Assembly: GCA_054600435.1 (NCBI GenBank)
Contig: BAAIJX010000017.1
Coordinates: 62,001-126,000 of the forward strand
Origin: Neophaeotheca triangularis
Taxonomy: Eukaryota
Length of the DNA: 64,000 bases
Direction of reading: 5' to 3'
This document shows positions 22,640 to 34,809 of this stretch, piece by piece. A model generated the notes under the pieces. It searched no databases and was not told the DNA's origin. It saw nothing but the letters and a program-made list of their open reading frames with translations. Every line of letters starts with the position of its first letter. The stretch's first letter is position 1. The position numbers were made by a program, and so were the translations under genes.

Positions 22640-23664
22640 GTTTCCGTGAATGAAAGCGTTACATGTGTATGTAAAAGGAGCCTACATAAAACAGTGGTGA
22701 AAGCACTGGAACCAACGGCCCCATCTAGGATGACCCTTCAAAGCCCCGGCCATACTGATGTCTTCACAAGACTTTCCGACGGGGTCAGGCCAGCCAGACC
22801 CTTTGGTGCAATAGAACACCACGCCGAAACATTTCATTTATACGTTGCAACAATATACCACGTTTGAGCTGGATGTTGTGAACAATTTGCACAGGGGGAA
22901 CTCCAATGGTTTTCAGCCCAGCACTAACTGACTCCTTGACACGAAATCTTAGGCAAAGTACTTATGGACATGCTTCTAGATTAACAAGAATATGTCTCTG
23001 CAAGGCGATAAGGTGACTGACCAAGCATTGAGTTGGCCTGGCGTCCGTCACCGCGTGCGAATTGAATGCAGATTAGATAGAGGATCCTTGGATTTGGTTT
23101 GTCGTTTCAATTGCGCGTATACGAATGTCATGGGGTTTGCCATTTGATATCGCTCATTCAGTTTGTTGTCATCCATGTCGTTTTAAGAGGTCTCACTCAT
23201 TGGGGGTTCCGGACATACGACGATATGTGATCAGTGCTTTGCCTGACGACTCCTCTGGATGTGAGCTCGGAAGCCCAATATGTAGACAAGAAAGAATACT
23301 AGAATGTATAACCTTTCCTTACAACCATCTCTGACTTGTTCTCGTTTCCGTGAGGTCAAACGACGCCCAAACTCTAACCCTTCGACCCCAGCCACCGCGA
23401 GCGTCACCACTCGACGTTACACAAGATCGATACAACAATGACATTGGATGACGGTAATCGTGCACCTTTCATATCATCGCACGCAATCGGTATTCCTAAT
23501 TCCAACATGACGGGATTGGCGTCACCTTAATCCCGTTCAAAACCCTCGCGACGGAAAGCAAAAAAGTCGCTGTCTCTAAACGTGGTGCAACCTACACCGC
23601 AGCATCACCATCGACATAGCGAACGGCTCAACAATATTTGTCCCTCGAGAGTTAGAAAATCACC

Positions 23665-25382
23665 ATGGCCCAACTCAACGAGCCACCACTGTCGCTATTC
23701 GACCTCTTATCGAATTCCATCATCTTGCGGCAAACAGCACCGTACATTCCACCATCGGGCCTGGTCGCTCTATCCGCCACTTCAAAGACGTACCGGAACC
23801 TTCTGCTTTCACAACCCGAAGCATGGCGATACCTAGATCTCAGCACCGTCCCCTCAGCCCAGACCAACTCCGTACCAATAGACGTGGGCGGCATCTCCTG
23901 GCGGAATGAACGCATGGACGAGTCCCTAACGGAGGACGATTTCTACTCAGGACCGCTGCGAGGCATCTTTAGCCGCTTGCGCAAAAAAGATCTGTTACTC
24001 AATGTACAGACATTGGTGCTCGACGGTTTGAGTGTGCCCGCGGATCTGGTGCGTGAGATTGTCGCCGAGGAGCGCTACAATGTCAAGATCCTTAGCGTTC
24101 GAGAGGCGAAGAATCTGAACATGTCAAAATTGATGCAAGTGTTGAGGTATTTGGTGCGCCCTACGAGACCAGAGGGGACGCCTAGGCTAAAGGCACTGTA
24201 CTGCTTCGGCTCCAAGGACGCGGCAAGAAAACCTCCCGCTCCTCTGCCGCCGGCCTTGCCATCCACGGGTGTAATGTCGTCCGAGGGAGCGCAGATCGGA
24301 GCCGAATGGAATCATCGATCAGCCGTAGCTATGGGATCTACGCACGACGAGGAAGAAGAAGACCCCTGGCTCAAGGCAACCGGCAAGATGCTCAACCGAA
24401 TCGCGCTCGGCTGGCCAGAGACCCTGGAAGCATGTGAGGGCTTGATTGCTTTTGATGCCACCCTTTGCCGCGGACCGCGCCACGACATCGCAAAGACTAG
24501 CAGTATTGAGTTCCTCCAGCCTGCCATTGCAACCGTGGCTCTAGGCTCCATAGGCTGCGAGATCTGCGGTGCTAGCCCGGAAGGCCCGGCTGTCTTTGGG
24601 AACAGCCCAGAGAGCGCTCTACCGCTCTTAACACCGCCACCCACCCATGCGGCCACTGTCCGTGCGGCACAAAGACCAAACACCTCCGACAACATCTACC
24701 CTTCAACTTACTTGCGCTGCGAGGACTGCCTACGCGGCCGCTGGTGTGAACGCTGCAACCGCTGGTGGTGCGAAGACTGCTACAAAGAGCCCAAATCGCG
24801 TGTGCACCAATTCACGGAAATGCAGCAAGTGGAGATGCGCGACCAGTTGCGAAATCAAGGCTGGACGAGCCTCAACTCCAATGGCGGCGCGGACGGCAAT
24901 GGCGCTGCGGTAAAGGTATACTCGAGACTCTGCGTCGAGCACTGTTTAGTCGACGAGATGATGGCAGGATCGGGGAGTAATGGCATGTGGGGGTAATAAG
25001 AAGAGGAGAAGAGAACGAGTGTCTCGTATCCGCGTCTTTGCTGCCGTGGACAACGTGTATGATCCCGATTCCTACTCGCGCCATTCCTCCCCGCCTGCTC
25101 TTCAGGCTCGCCGGGTTTGAGCCGCTGTGCTGACGATTTCGTTGAACAGATGGGTGTACATCGAGATTGCTTTGGCTGCGGGAGGACTTGTGAACTTTGC
25201 AAGCTTGAGTACATACGTACGTGTCGGATGTGCAAGACGGAGTATTGTCGGGTGGATAATGAAGGCTCGACGGAAACGACGGTGAGGTTGGAGTTCTTTG
25301 TGCGTTCATCAGGACTGAGCTGACTAGCAAGCAGTGCGATTGGTGCAATCACAGTGGACGTCGAACTCGCGAGCTTTATTGA
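23665..25382 (+). CDS. F-box-like / Cys-rich conserved fungal protein; unspliced form stops at 24996, spliced form extends to 25382
   Basis: N-terminal F-box-like segment (LFDLLSNSIILRQTAPY..LVALSATSK), CxxC pairs; downstream in-frame exons 25150-25281 and 25335-25382 with canonical splice signals. Confidence 0.75.
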
Positions 25383-26593
25383 TTCCCAATTTGAAGGGAG
25401 CTACATTGCCTTCTCGTGGACAATTTCTCGATGGCCGATGGAGCTTCTATTCTGTTTGGGCGAGCCGAGAGGAGTCTGGCACGGATCAAGCTTCTTGACC
25501 GTCCAAGTTCGACTGGGCATACACTGCAAGCCATCGAAGCCGAGTTTATCGACTTGAGCACTGCAAACATTCAAGGCTCCAAGACGCCCGTTTTGATGCA
25601 TACTCCCAGCTCACGGTACGAAAACGACGCTTTCTTGTCTGCTCGTGTCGTAGCTCGCACAGCTTAACAGTGGAACTAGTAGAGGGCAGGTCAACGCCAC
25701 ACCCACTTCGCTTTGATTGCAGCTACATCCTCGGAGCACGTATTCCAGCAAATGACCTCCAACTCTGTGACAAGCTTCTAGAAACGACAGAGGCTCTAGC
25801 GGGACGTGGTTTCTATCTTCACGGAGAAGAGGCCTTCCACAATCATCTACTCAATGTGTCCGCTTACATCTCCCAACATAAAGGAGCTCTTACATTAAAA
25901 GGCAAGCATGCGCAGCCGTGGGAGTCGCACGTATACCGTAATTGCGGGTAGGAGGGGGAGGGGGGTGAGCTGAAAGGAGCGAATGGACTAAGCTGCCCGT
26001 GGGATCGGAGATTCCGAGTTGCCGCTGTGTAGTATATATTATTGAAGGATGCGGCGGGTATCGAGGCTGTGCATGGAAGAGTGAGCGCAATGGAATAGTA
26101 GTGGTTGGTCATTCCTGACTACGATTCGATCTTGGGTTTAAACGCGAGATAGACACTTCTTCAAATTTTGGGTTGGGATTGCGGTCTCTGCGTTTCCGCC
26201 TTGCTTGAATGATCAATATTTCCTCTCAAGCACGATTGCTTTCCCGGGAATGTCCTGAAGCAGTACTGCCAGCAACATGTAAAGCTCTTTGCAAAGGCCC
26301 AAGGGGACAAGGTAGCGGCCTAGATACCTCATATACCTAGGTAACTATCGCCTCTCGAATGTCTTACGTCAGCATATCTTTTTGGCGGCTTCGACCTCTC
26401 ACAATCGTCTCATCATAGACCTGATCACTTGTTTGAGCACGATAATACTATTGTCCTGCGTTCGTACTAATTCAACCAGAATACCTCGATATGCGCTTCT
26501 CCACTGTACTCACGGATCTCATCGGCATCTTCGTACATTCTCTAGCCTTTGTTCTCATCGCACTTCTCCGATAAAATACCACTCAAGATCAAG

Positions 26594-28066
26594 ATGGCCG
26601 ATACAGGATCATCTTCTGCCGCTCGCGCAGCGCAACTAGACGCGAGCGACCCCCTTCGAGAGTTCAGAGAGCTGTTCATAATACCCACAAGGAGAGACCT
26701 CAAACGAAAAACGCTGTCAACCGACGGCAGCAATGGCGATCCCAACCCCCAGGATGAGGAGCCCTGCACCTATCTCTGCGGCAACTCCCTTGGCCTCCAG
26801 CCAAAACTCACTCAAAAGTACATGCAGCAATACCTCTCAACCTGGGCTACCAAAGGTGTCTTTGGCCACTTCACCCAAATCCAAGACAGTAACCTCCCTC
26901 CTTGGCTGCACGTCGACGACGACATTCTCACCGACATGTCCACCATCGTCGGCGCCAAAACAAGCGAAATCGCCGTCATGCAAACCCTAACCGCGAACCT
27001 ACACCTCATGATGGCCAGCTTCTACCGCCCTACGCCCGGCAAATTCAAAATTCTCCTCGAGGGCAAAGCCTTCCCTAGCGACCACTACGCAGTAGAATCG
27101 CACATCCGCCACCACGGCCTCGACCCGGCAGAAGCCATGGTACTACTCGAGCCCCCTTCTCCGGCTTCCTCCCCAACTCTCCCCACCGAACACATCCTCG
27201 CCCTCATCGACCAGCACGCGCCCGAAACCGCCCTGATCCTTCTCCCGGGAGTGCAATTCTACACGGGCCAGGCCTTGGACATCGCAACTATAACCGCCCA
27301 CGCTCGCGCCAAAAACATCCCCATCGGCTGGGACCTAGCGCACGCCGTTGGCAACGTGCCGCTCGCGCTCCACGACGACAACGTCGATTTCGCCGTCTGG
27401 TGCAGTTACAAGTACCTCAACAGCGGGCCGGGGAGCATTGGCGGAGCCTTTGTACACGAGAGACACGGGGATGTCGCTAGTAGCAGCAGTGCCAACAACG
27501 ATGACGATGACGGTAACAAAGCGCTGCTAGACTACCGACCGCGTCTAGCGGGCTGGTGGGGCTCGAGCAAGAGCAGCAGGTTCGCCATGACGAATGCTTT
27601 CGAGCCCAGACCGGGAGCGGCGGGTTTCCAGCTCTCGAACCCGAGTGTAGCTGACATGACGGCTTTGCGGGCGAGCTTGGACGTCTTCAAGCGGACTTCG
27701 ATGGCGGAGTTGCGGGCGAAGAGTGTAGCGCTGACGGGGTTTTTGGAGGTTTCGTTGGAGTCTTTGGCGCGGTGGCGGGAGGCGAGGTTCGGGGAGGTGG
27801 GGTTTGAGATTTTGACGCCGAGGCGGGAGGGGGAGAGGGGTGCGCAGTTGAGTTTGAGGCTGGGAGGGGGGTTGTTGGGAGGGGTTATGGGGATTTTGGA
27901 GAGCGAGGGGGTGGTGGTGGATGAGAGGAGGCCGGATGTTGTTAGAGTGGCGCCGGCGCCGCTTTACAATGGGTTTGGGGACGTGGAGAGGTTTGTGAGG
28001 GTTTTTGGAGGCGCGCTTGAACAGGTTGCCGGGAGTGGTGCTGGGAAAGGTAGTGTTATGACTTGA
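26594..28066 (+). CDS. BNA5: Kynureninase (PLP-dependent), intronless
   Basis: YLCGNSLGLQP, MQTLTANLHLMMASFYRP, KAFPSDHYA, GWDLAHAVGN, WCSYKYLNSGPG, GAQLSL, RVAPAPLYN. Confidence 0.95.
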   Translation: MADTGSSSAARAAQLDASDPLREFRELFIIPTRRDLKRKTLSTDGSNGDPNPQDEEPCTYLCGNSLGLQPKLTQKYMQQYLSTWATKGVFGHFTQIQDSNLPPWLHVDDDILTDMSTIVGAKTSEIAVMQTLTANLHLMMASFYRPTPGKFKILLEGKAFPSDHYAVESHIRHHGLDPAEAMVLLEPPSPASSPTLPTEHILALIDQHAPETALILLPGVQFYTGQALDIATITAHARAKNIPIGWDLAHAVGNVPLALHDDNVDFAVWCSYKYLNSGPGSIGGAFVHERHGDVASSSSANNDDDDGNKALLDYRPRLAGWWGSSKSSRFAMTNAFEPRPGAAGFQLSNPSVADMTALRASLDVFKRTSMAELRAKSVALTGFLEVSLESLARWREARFGEVGFEILTPRREGERGAQLSLRLGGGLLGGVMGILESEGVVVDERRPDVVRVAPAPLYNGFGDVERFVRVFGGALEQVAGSGAGKGSVMT

Positions 28067-28299
28067 AGGAGGGAGGGGGGGTGGTAGGGGATGAAGTGAG
28101 ATTCAGTGAAGAGAGCTTACGTGATAGAGGGACTGAGAAGGTAGGAATTGATACCGACATGCATCTCGAACCAGCCCGCTCAATCCCCAAAATGGATTCC
28201 AGTCCCCAGATCTCGTAAGCCCCTTCTCCAAAGGTGAAGAGGCACCCGCGGGGCTAGGCAGTAAGCTTAGCGTGGTAGGCATTGGACAGTAAAGGGAGA

Positions 28300-29160
28300 A
28301 AGAAAGGACAAAAAGAAAGCCTCGAGTAACTTAAGCACTAGAGGGAGAGTAAACTCATCCGAGTTGAAGGAATGGTTTAACTTTAGTTTACAAGCAGTTT
28401 AATTTTAACGTCAGTGGAACTGCACGACGCCTTCAGTCTTGTTGTTTAACGCCGAAAACAGAGGTAGAGCGACAAGGGGGTATCGAACTGGCAACATCTG
28501 GGATCTGGGAGAGGTTAGTGTGGGTTCAGATTAAGAAATTAGCGTGGTGAACTTACCGAGTGCGCCCCGTCAGCGAGACTTAGTCTACGCTCAACCAAGG
28601 CTGCGAGGCAGAAAAACCTGGAGTGAAATGCCAGGCCAACATCAACCCACGACGAGTACTTCCCTAACGAACCCTGCCTGCCCAGCCAAATACCCGCCTC
28701 CCTCCCCAAACCCCAAGACCCGAGCACCGACCGATACACTCGAGTTCCCATTCGCGGGCTACGTCCCGGCAATGATCCTCGCTGGCAGCTTCCGCCTCCC
28801 GCCGCCGTAGACCTCGAAAGTAGGCCCTGGCGCAGACAGCCTCGTCCTCGGCGTGCAAAGGAGAAGCTCAGCACCGCCCAAAAGCCCCAAGTCCAATCGA
28901 CTCGGCCACCCGACCAAAAACGCCAGGCCCGGACCCACCCCTCGAGCGAGCAACGAGCCGTCGCTGGACTCTCCTCTCCACCAATCGAACTTACCTCCTA
29001 GCAGTATCTTGTCCGCTGAGCTGCGCAACTGGGACCGGGGTTCCTGGATGGTTAGGACGGGTGGAGCTGGGGCTAGTGCTTCTTGCCCTTGGGTCTTGAG
29101 TCTTGAGGCTTGAGGCTTGAGTCTCGAGCGCTGGGATGGGATGGGATGGGATGGGCTGGG
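28300..29160 (-). ncRNA. Putative spliced non-coding (or micro-ORF) transcript; ends approximate
   Basis: Two identical GTAAGTTC donors (28994, 28556), CACTAAC branch (28514-28520), CAG acceptors (28618, 28505), low-complexity leader, no recognisable protein; longest ATG ORF at the start of the last exon is 28 aa (28411-28497). Confidence 0.45.
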
Positions 29161-29164
29161 ATGG
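29133..29164. repeat. (GGGAT)n pentanucleotide repeat, next to (TTGAGGC/TTGAGTC) heptamer repeats at ~29096-29124
   Basis: gggatgggatgggatgggatgggctgggatgg read directly. Confidence 0.8.
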
Positions 29165-29779
29165 AATAGTATTGAGATCCAAGTGAGCTATGCGTAGTTC
29201 GTCCGAGGAGGTCTTGCTTTTTCATTTTTTTCCTTTCGTCCGCAGTGGAGGCACGCTTCCTGGATAGTGCGGTCCAAAGATTTTGCTACCCAAGCCACAC
29301 CGTCACTCTTCTCACGGTCTAGTCTAATCAAGTCGTCGGGCCTAGACCCAAGTCCCAGCTCGAAGAGAATAGTTAGCGATACTGCAAGGGATTTAGGAGG
29401 TGAACATTATCTCGGGACAAGGCGTACGTCCTCTTGTCGTCGTTGGCGTTTGAGGGAGAGTGTCGCTGCGGGTGGTGTGGCACGCGAATGTTTGGATTTC
29501 GAAATTAAATTCGTTTTAGTTCGAGGGAAGAGCAGTTTGATTCGGTTTCCGGGGTAAAGGACTTGCCGGCCACGTAGTCGTGGTCCTTGTGACTGCTTCC
29601 TAGTGCGTGGGATATGCCTTTTTTTTCTTTCTTCTCTTGGCTTTTTCTGTCTTGAGACTTCTGCTATGTCGACACTAGCGACGGACGAACCGAATGGCTG
29701 GCCTGAATATTCAGTTCGGAGGGATGTTTCTACCTCTATACGTCCGGAAATTCGAAGCAAACGCGGGTATATATCATCA

Positions 29780-31718
29780 TCACGCCTTCTTCTCCGCACC
29801 GCCTACATCTTCGCCAACCACCCTACTAGGTAGAATAGCATCCTCCCTACTCTTGCTAGAACAACTCGCATCATCCCAGTCCCTGCCCCCTTCCCTTTCA
29901 ATCTTCCCCGGATGCGCGTCATCCGCCCCCATCTCTCTATCAGCATCCGCCGTCAAAGCCCTCCCAGCCTCATTGACCAAACCCTGCGGCTCCCTATCCC
30001 CCTTCTCCAAATCCGCATCCACGTCCCCTTGCTCCTTAACCCTCTCCTCACCCGTTTTAGCCTCAGTCTTTTGCTTAAAAATACTCCACCCCCCACCCCA
30101 TCCGACCCACCCCGTCTCCCAAGGCCCCCTCGCAGCAACAACAAGCAACGCAACCCCGATACTCGCGACGCTATAACTACCACTGACTACCCAACCGCCG
30201 CGAGCGTACAAATGGCTGCCCGCAGTCGTGCCGACCAACTGCCCGCAAAAAGTCGCAACCATGAAAGCGGTGTTGACGCGGTTCCTGGCTTTGGGCTCGA
30301 TGGAGTAGATGGCGCTACGGTTCGCAATCTGCGCAGTCTGCATGCCGAAGTCGTTGAAGAAGGCTTGCAACACGGGACCGGCGACGGTGAAAGTGCCCGT
30401 GTAGGTCCCTATTGTCACGCCGAGGAGGCACCAGAGGAGGCCGAGCACGACGCTGAAGAGGGGCACGAAGCGGTCGATGACTAGACGGGCGTAGAAGGGG
30501 CCGAGACACATGGAGGCGATGCCGATGAGGGCGAAGAGGCCGATGACTAGGGAGGAGTAGTTGTAGGGATCGTCGGAGAGGAGAAATGTCAGAACTGTCC
30601 AGAAGTTTGTGAATGTGGCGGAGGTGAGGAAGGAGATGAGGCAGGCTTGTACCAAGATGGCGTGCTTGGTTAGCATGACCAGGATACTCCAGAGCAGTTT
30701 GAAGTAGTTGAGGGACGTGTTGGTGGAGGGGTAGTCGGGCATGAACCAGTAGAGGAGGAAGCAGATGGTATATTGCATCCCGACGCTGAGCCAGTAGACG
30801 TTGCGCCAGCTGGTCCATTCGGTTACGATTCCTGAGAGCAGGCGCGCGATTAGGATGCCTAGCATTAGGCCCGAGACTACTATGCTCAGGGCTGAGGCGC
30901 GACGATGGGGTGGCGCGAGGTCCCCGACTAGGGGAAGCATGAGCTGGAAAGTGTTAATTCATCCGACAAGCAGTAAGCCAGAAAACTCGAAAAGCCGCTC
31001 GTCTACTTACCTGCGGAGTGACGGTCATGATACCAGTCAAAAAAGTGATGGCAGAAAAAGCAGCCAGGCTCTCGGTCACACAAAGCCCAATCCTGTAAAG
31101 AAAAAAAAAAAAAAGAGAAACTCATCAGCACACTTCCCATTCCTCAAAATCCCATCCACCTAACCGGGAGAAAGCAGGAAATCGAACAACTTACGAAAAA
31201 CTGGCCGTCCCAAAGACCAACCACAGAACAAAGGGCCTTCGCTTGAAAAGATCGCCCAAAGGACATAAAAACAGCAAACCGACGGCATACCCAGCCTGCG
31301 CCAGCGTCGGAATCTGCGCGACCTTCTCATACGGCACGTCGAAATCGGCAGCCAGGATGTTGAGGATCGGGTGCGAGTAGTAGAGATTGGCGACTGTGAA
31401 GGCGCCGGCGAAACCGAAGAGGATGTTCAAGGCGAGAGAGAAGTTGGGGGGGTTTTCCGGGTCCCAGCGCATGGCTGGCGGTGTCCAGGCGAGGGTGTTG
31501 TAGATTTGGGAGAGGGGTTGGAGCCATTTGGGGAGGGGTTTGGAGGGTTGGGGTGAGGTTGTTATTGAGTTGGTGGCGCTGGTTTGGGTCGAGTCTTGGG
31601 GTATGGTGTCCCCGGTGGCGGCGTGTTGTTTCTCATCATTGTCGGCTGCCGAGGGCTGCTTGGTGGCGGTGGCGGTGGCGGCGGCGGTGGTGGTGGTGGT
31701 GGTGGTGGGTTCGGGCAT
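29780..31718 (-). CDS. MFS transporter (YnfM/YgaY-like uncharacterised family), 3 exons
   Basis: VANLYYSHPIL, QAGYAVGLLFLCPLGDLFKRR, VTPQ|LMLPLVGDLAP, GLMLGILIARLLSG, RNRVNTAFM; introns ~31094-31194 and ~30944-31010. Confidence 0.88.
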
Positions 31719-31923
31719 CACCTGTGAAGCGCTATCATTGCAGAGTCGCAACAGAGACTTTGATGTAAAAAGGTGAGGAAATTGGAAGACATGTCGAGTC
31801 AAAGTAAGTTATCATCGACCCGAATAGGGCAGGTCGAAACAAAAGATAAAGATTGGCTTCGGACAATTCACGTCGTGTCGTTGTCGTTGGCGAATTGAGC
31901 TGAGCTTCGGCTCCGCAGCTTGC

Positions 31924-31948
31924 GAGACGAGACGAGACGAGACGAGAC
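31924..31948. repeat. (GAGAC)5 pentanucleotide microsatellite
   Basis: gagacgagacgagacgagacgagac upstream of the MFS gene. Confidence 0.85.
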
Positions 31949-32612
31949 GGGCCTTGCTTATTGCCGAGAGAGAGAGCCCGAGAACGCGCCCGCTGTTTTA
32001 TTTCATTAGGTAGACCTCACCTCACCTCTTGCGACTTTAATTAAAAAGTTTAAAGACATGCATTCTTCTTCGGTTTAAACCACCTTTTACACCTTCAGAA
32101 ATTTTTCTCATCATCGTTTTTACGAAGCAAGCCCGTCCGAGAGAAGATGCGGACAACATCGTCTGGCTACCCCTTGATGAAGCTATCCGCCGCCTGAATT
32201 CGACGTATACATATATATATATATATGTATAGACTCGATCGACTCGCACTGAACGTATCGTTGATGAGAGAGATGAGATTGGAAAGCCTATACCAACTCC
32301 TAGAAGACAACCACAGCAGGCGTCTGCTTAACCAGGCCGATGCTAGGTCAAGTAGAGCACACGTCCGTCTAGTTGTTAGGTATTTTCAAGTGAATGAACT
32401 TTTCCACACCCTACGCGTTTTCCAAAAACTCCAGAGTTCCGAAAGTCGTCTCATTCCTGCTTCTCGCACCTAGTCGTGGCACTCATAAAGCCGGTTGTTA
32501 GCTCCCTCGCCTTTGCAGCCGCCTATTCCGTCCTCTCACTACCCCAGCCGCATTCCCTCGTCTCAAAACTCCCCGCACACTTATGGATGCCCGGGAAAAG
32601 AACAAATAACAC

Positions 32613-33578
32613 TCAGCCCGTTGCCGTCTCCCTGCCCTTACTAGTTTTTCCCACCCACTTGTAACCACCAGACCTCTGCACCAGCTGCGCACGAACAGCC
32701 GGATACCGCCTCTTCCACAAGATCCAGCGGACAAAAACCTGCCTCAACTGCCCCGGGAATCTCGTTCCCCACCGCTCAAGCCTCGCCCTCGTACCCATCT
32801 CAATGGCATCCTTGACAGCCGAAACCAAGAACAGCCTCGGTCCCCCATCCCTCACCGAAGGATTCGTCCACCCGTAGTGGCCCCAACCAAGACCCTCCTC
32901 GGGATCCGGAAACCTCCCTTTAGCCTCGAAAACAACACTGATGTCGTTGTGGCTAAAAAACACCACCAGCGGCCATAGAGCCCCAAAATCCCCACTCGCA
33001 GCTTCCATCGCCACTTTGCGGTTCTCCCCCAACTCACGAAAGCGCCTGAATTTGTCCGGGAGCCAAACGTCCCCGGTCGCGAGCTCATCCATTTGCTCGT
33101 TATAAAGCTCGTCCGACTCGCCCACGGCAAGCCTAAACTTGGCAAACGGCCTAGGCCCGCAGCGCACTCTCACACTCCTCAACCAGGCAAAACACTTGTC
33201 CAAACTGCCGACGGGCACGATGATAGAGACCGAGTTTGCCGCGTAGAACATTGCGCTCGCTTCGGCACGGATCTGTTTACACGTCTGCAACAAGCCTGGC
33301 TCAAAAGCGCGGGATTTCGAGGGAAAGATTTTCACCAGAGTCTGCGAAGGCAGCGCGAGCTCGTAGATTCTGTTGCGGAGTTCGGCGGGGAGTTGGCGGA
33401 GTAGGAGGTCCGGGGATGAGCTGGGGGCGGGGATGTAGGGAGGGCTGGTGGGGCTGGTAGGGCTGGTAGGGAGGCAAAGTTAGTGGTGCCTTTGGAGTTT
33501 GTACTGGAGGGATCTTCATGTGAAGGTTATTAAGATAGGGAAGCTTTACCCTACTTGAGCTTTGGCGGCGGGAGGCAT
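32613..33578 (-). CDS. Hypothetical protein with F-box-like LPAELRNRIYELAL / PxLLxTCKQIRxEA motif, 2 exons
   Basis: MPPAAKAQVG|PTSPTSPP..LRQLPAELRNRIYELALP..EPGLLQTCKQIRAEASAMFY; intron with GTAAAG donor and CTAAC branch joins the frames in phase 2. Confidence 0.7.
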
Positions 33579-34809
33579 GGTTTTGGGTTGTTGTTGTGGC
33601 CTGGGGATGAGGGGAGTCAGTCAAGTCTGAGGGTCTTTTCGTAGGGTTTGGAGGCACACGCTTCTTTGGGTTTCGCGGTTGGAGTTGGAGTTTGAATTGG
33701 TCTGTTCAATTTGAACACGCTATTGGCAATTTCAGTATTTCACTTCCAAGTGAAGCAGTGGAGGAAGGCGTACGGATTCGCTGCTTTGCACCTTGTGGTA
33801 TGAGGCATGGCTTTGGCTTGACATGGGTTGTGGCGTAAGTTGGCTCTAAAATGTTGGTGGGTGAAGTCCTGGAAGAGTCAAGGGTGAAGCTATGCAGTCT
33901 CGGTTTAAAAGACTGATGTAGGTAGTGGTGGGAGTCTGGAAGGTCTGCCTTAAACCCAGTGGATAGGTAAAGCAGTTCGAAGTCATGTGTAACTGCCGAG
34001 TTCCTACGAGGTCACGAGGTCACGCGGGATGAAGTGACTGCCCAGCCTAGCGCGCACGAGCAGAGCCCTCCCAAAGTGAAGCCACTTTACGTGAACGCCG
34101 CCAGCACCCGAAGCCGTTAGCACACACCTCTGGATGGAAAGCTGCCCGAAGAAGGTTCATGCCGATATTAGTGGAAGCTTGGAGGATCGAACGACCCGGG
34201 TCTGACGAAGGACTCAAAGAGCTGAACAGTAAGGTAAGGCAGAGTGAAGCAGGACCAATTGCAAGCTCACCAAGCAGAAAGACTCGTAGAAGCACGTGAC
34301 AGCTCTTGGCGCCCAAAACCGCTCAGAGTGGAATCGACAAGGAGAGAGCACGAGGGCGAAGAAGCGTCAATGCAGGAGAAGTGCTTTAAGTAGCAAGCTT
34401 ACCAAGTTTAAAAGACTCGTAGAAATGCAGCTAAGAGAGAAAGCAAGGCACGTGACGAGCCTCAGCACAAAAGAACAGAGTAAACGGAATGAAAAAAGAC
34501 CTTAATTTCCTGTACATAGCAAACCTCCCCCAACCTGCACAACCCGAGGTAGCCAAAAGGAGATAGAGCGGAACAAACAAACCAGGCGTCGTCGGGATTT
34601 CGAACCCAAGAACCACCAGTCTCACCGTGCAAGTTCGCCCTAGAACCCCTTACATTTCACCTGCCCGCCTACAACTTTCAAGCAACGCAACGAGACAAAC
34701 GAAAACGCCGCCAACGCCTCGCTAAACCATTCCTCCAATTCCGCTCCACTCCCGCCTAGGCCCCGAATCCACCACCAGTCAGTCCACCCTCGCTTCCCCA
34801 AGAAAGACT

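Noticed and set aside
28200..28260. RNase MRP/P-like words AGTCCCC and GGGGCTTAC
   Set aside because: Spacing and orientation are incompatible with the P4 pseudoknot of a 250-400 nt RNA
28740..28800. HDV-like ribozyme words (TCCTCGCTGGC on +, GCGAATGGGA on -)
   Set aside because: The two words are on opposite strands and the P1/P2/P3 pairings cannot be formed
28557..29600. Telomerase RNA (GUUUUUCU and CUCGCUGAC resemble the vertebrate pseudoknot; 3' splice-donor-type end)
   Set aside because: No template of about 1.5 telomeric repeats (e.g. TAACCCTAA) on either strand and no complementary pseudoknot partner identified
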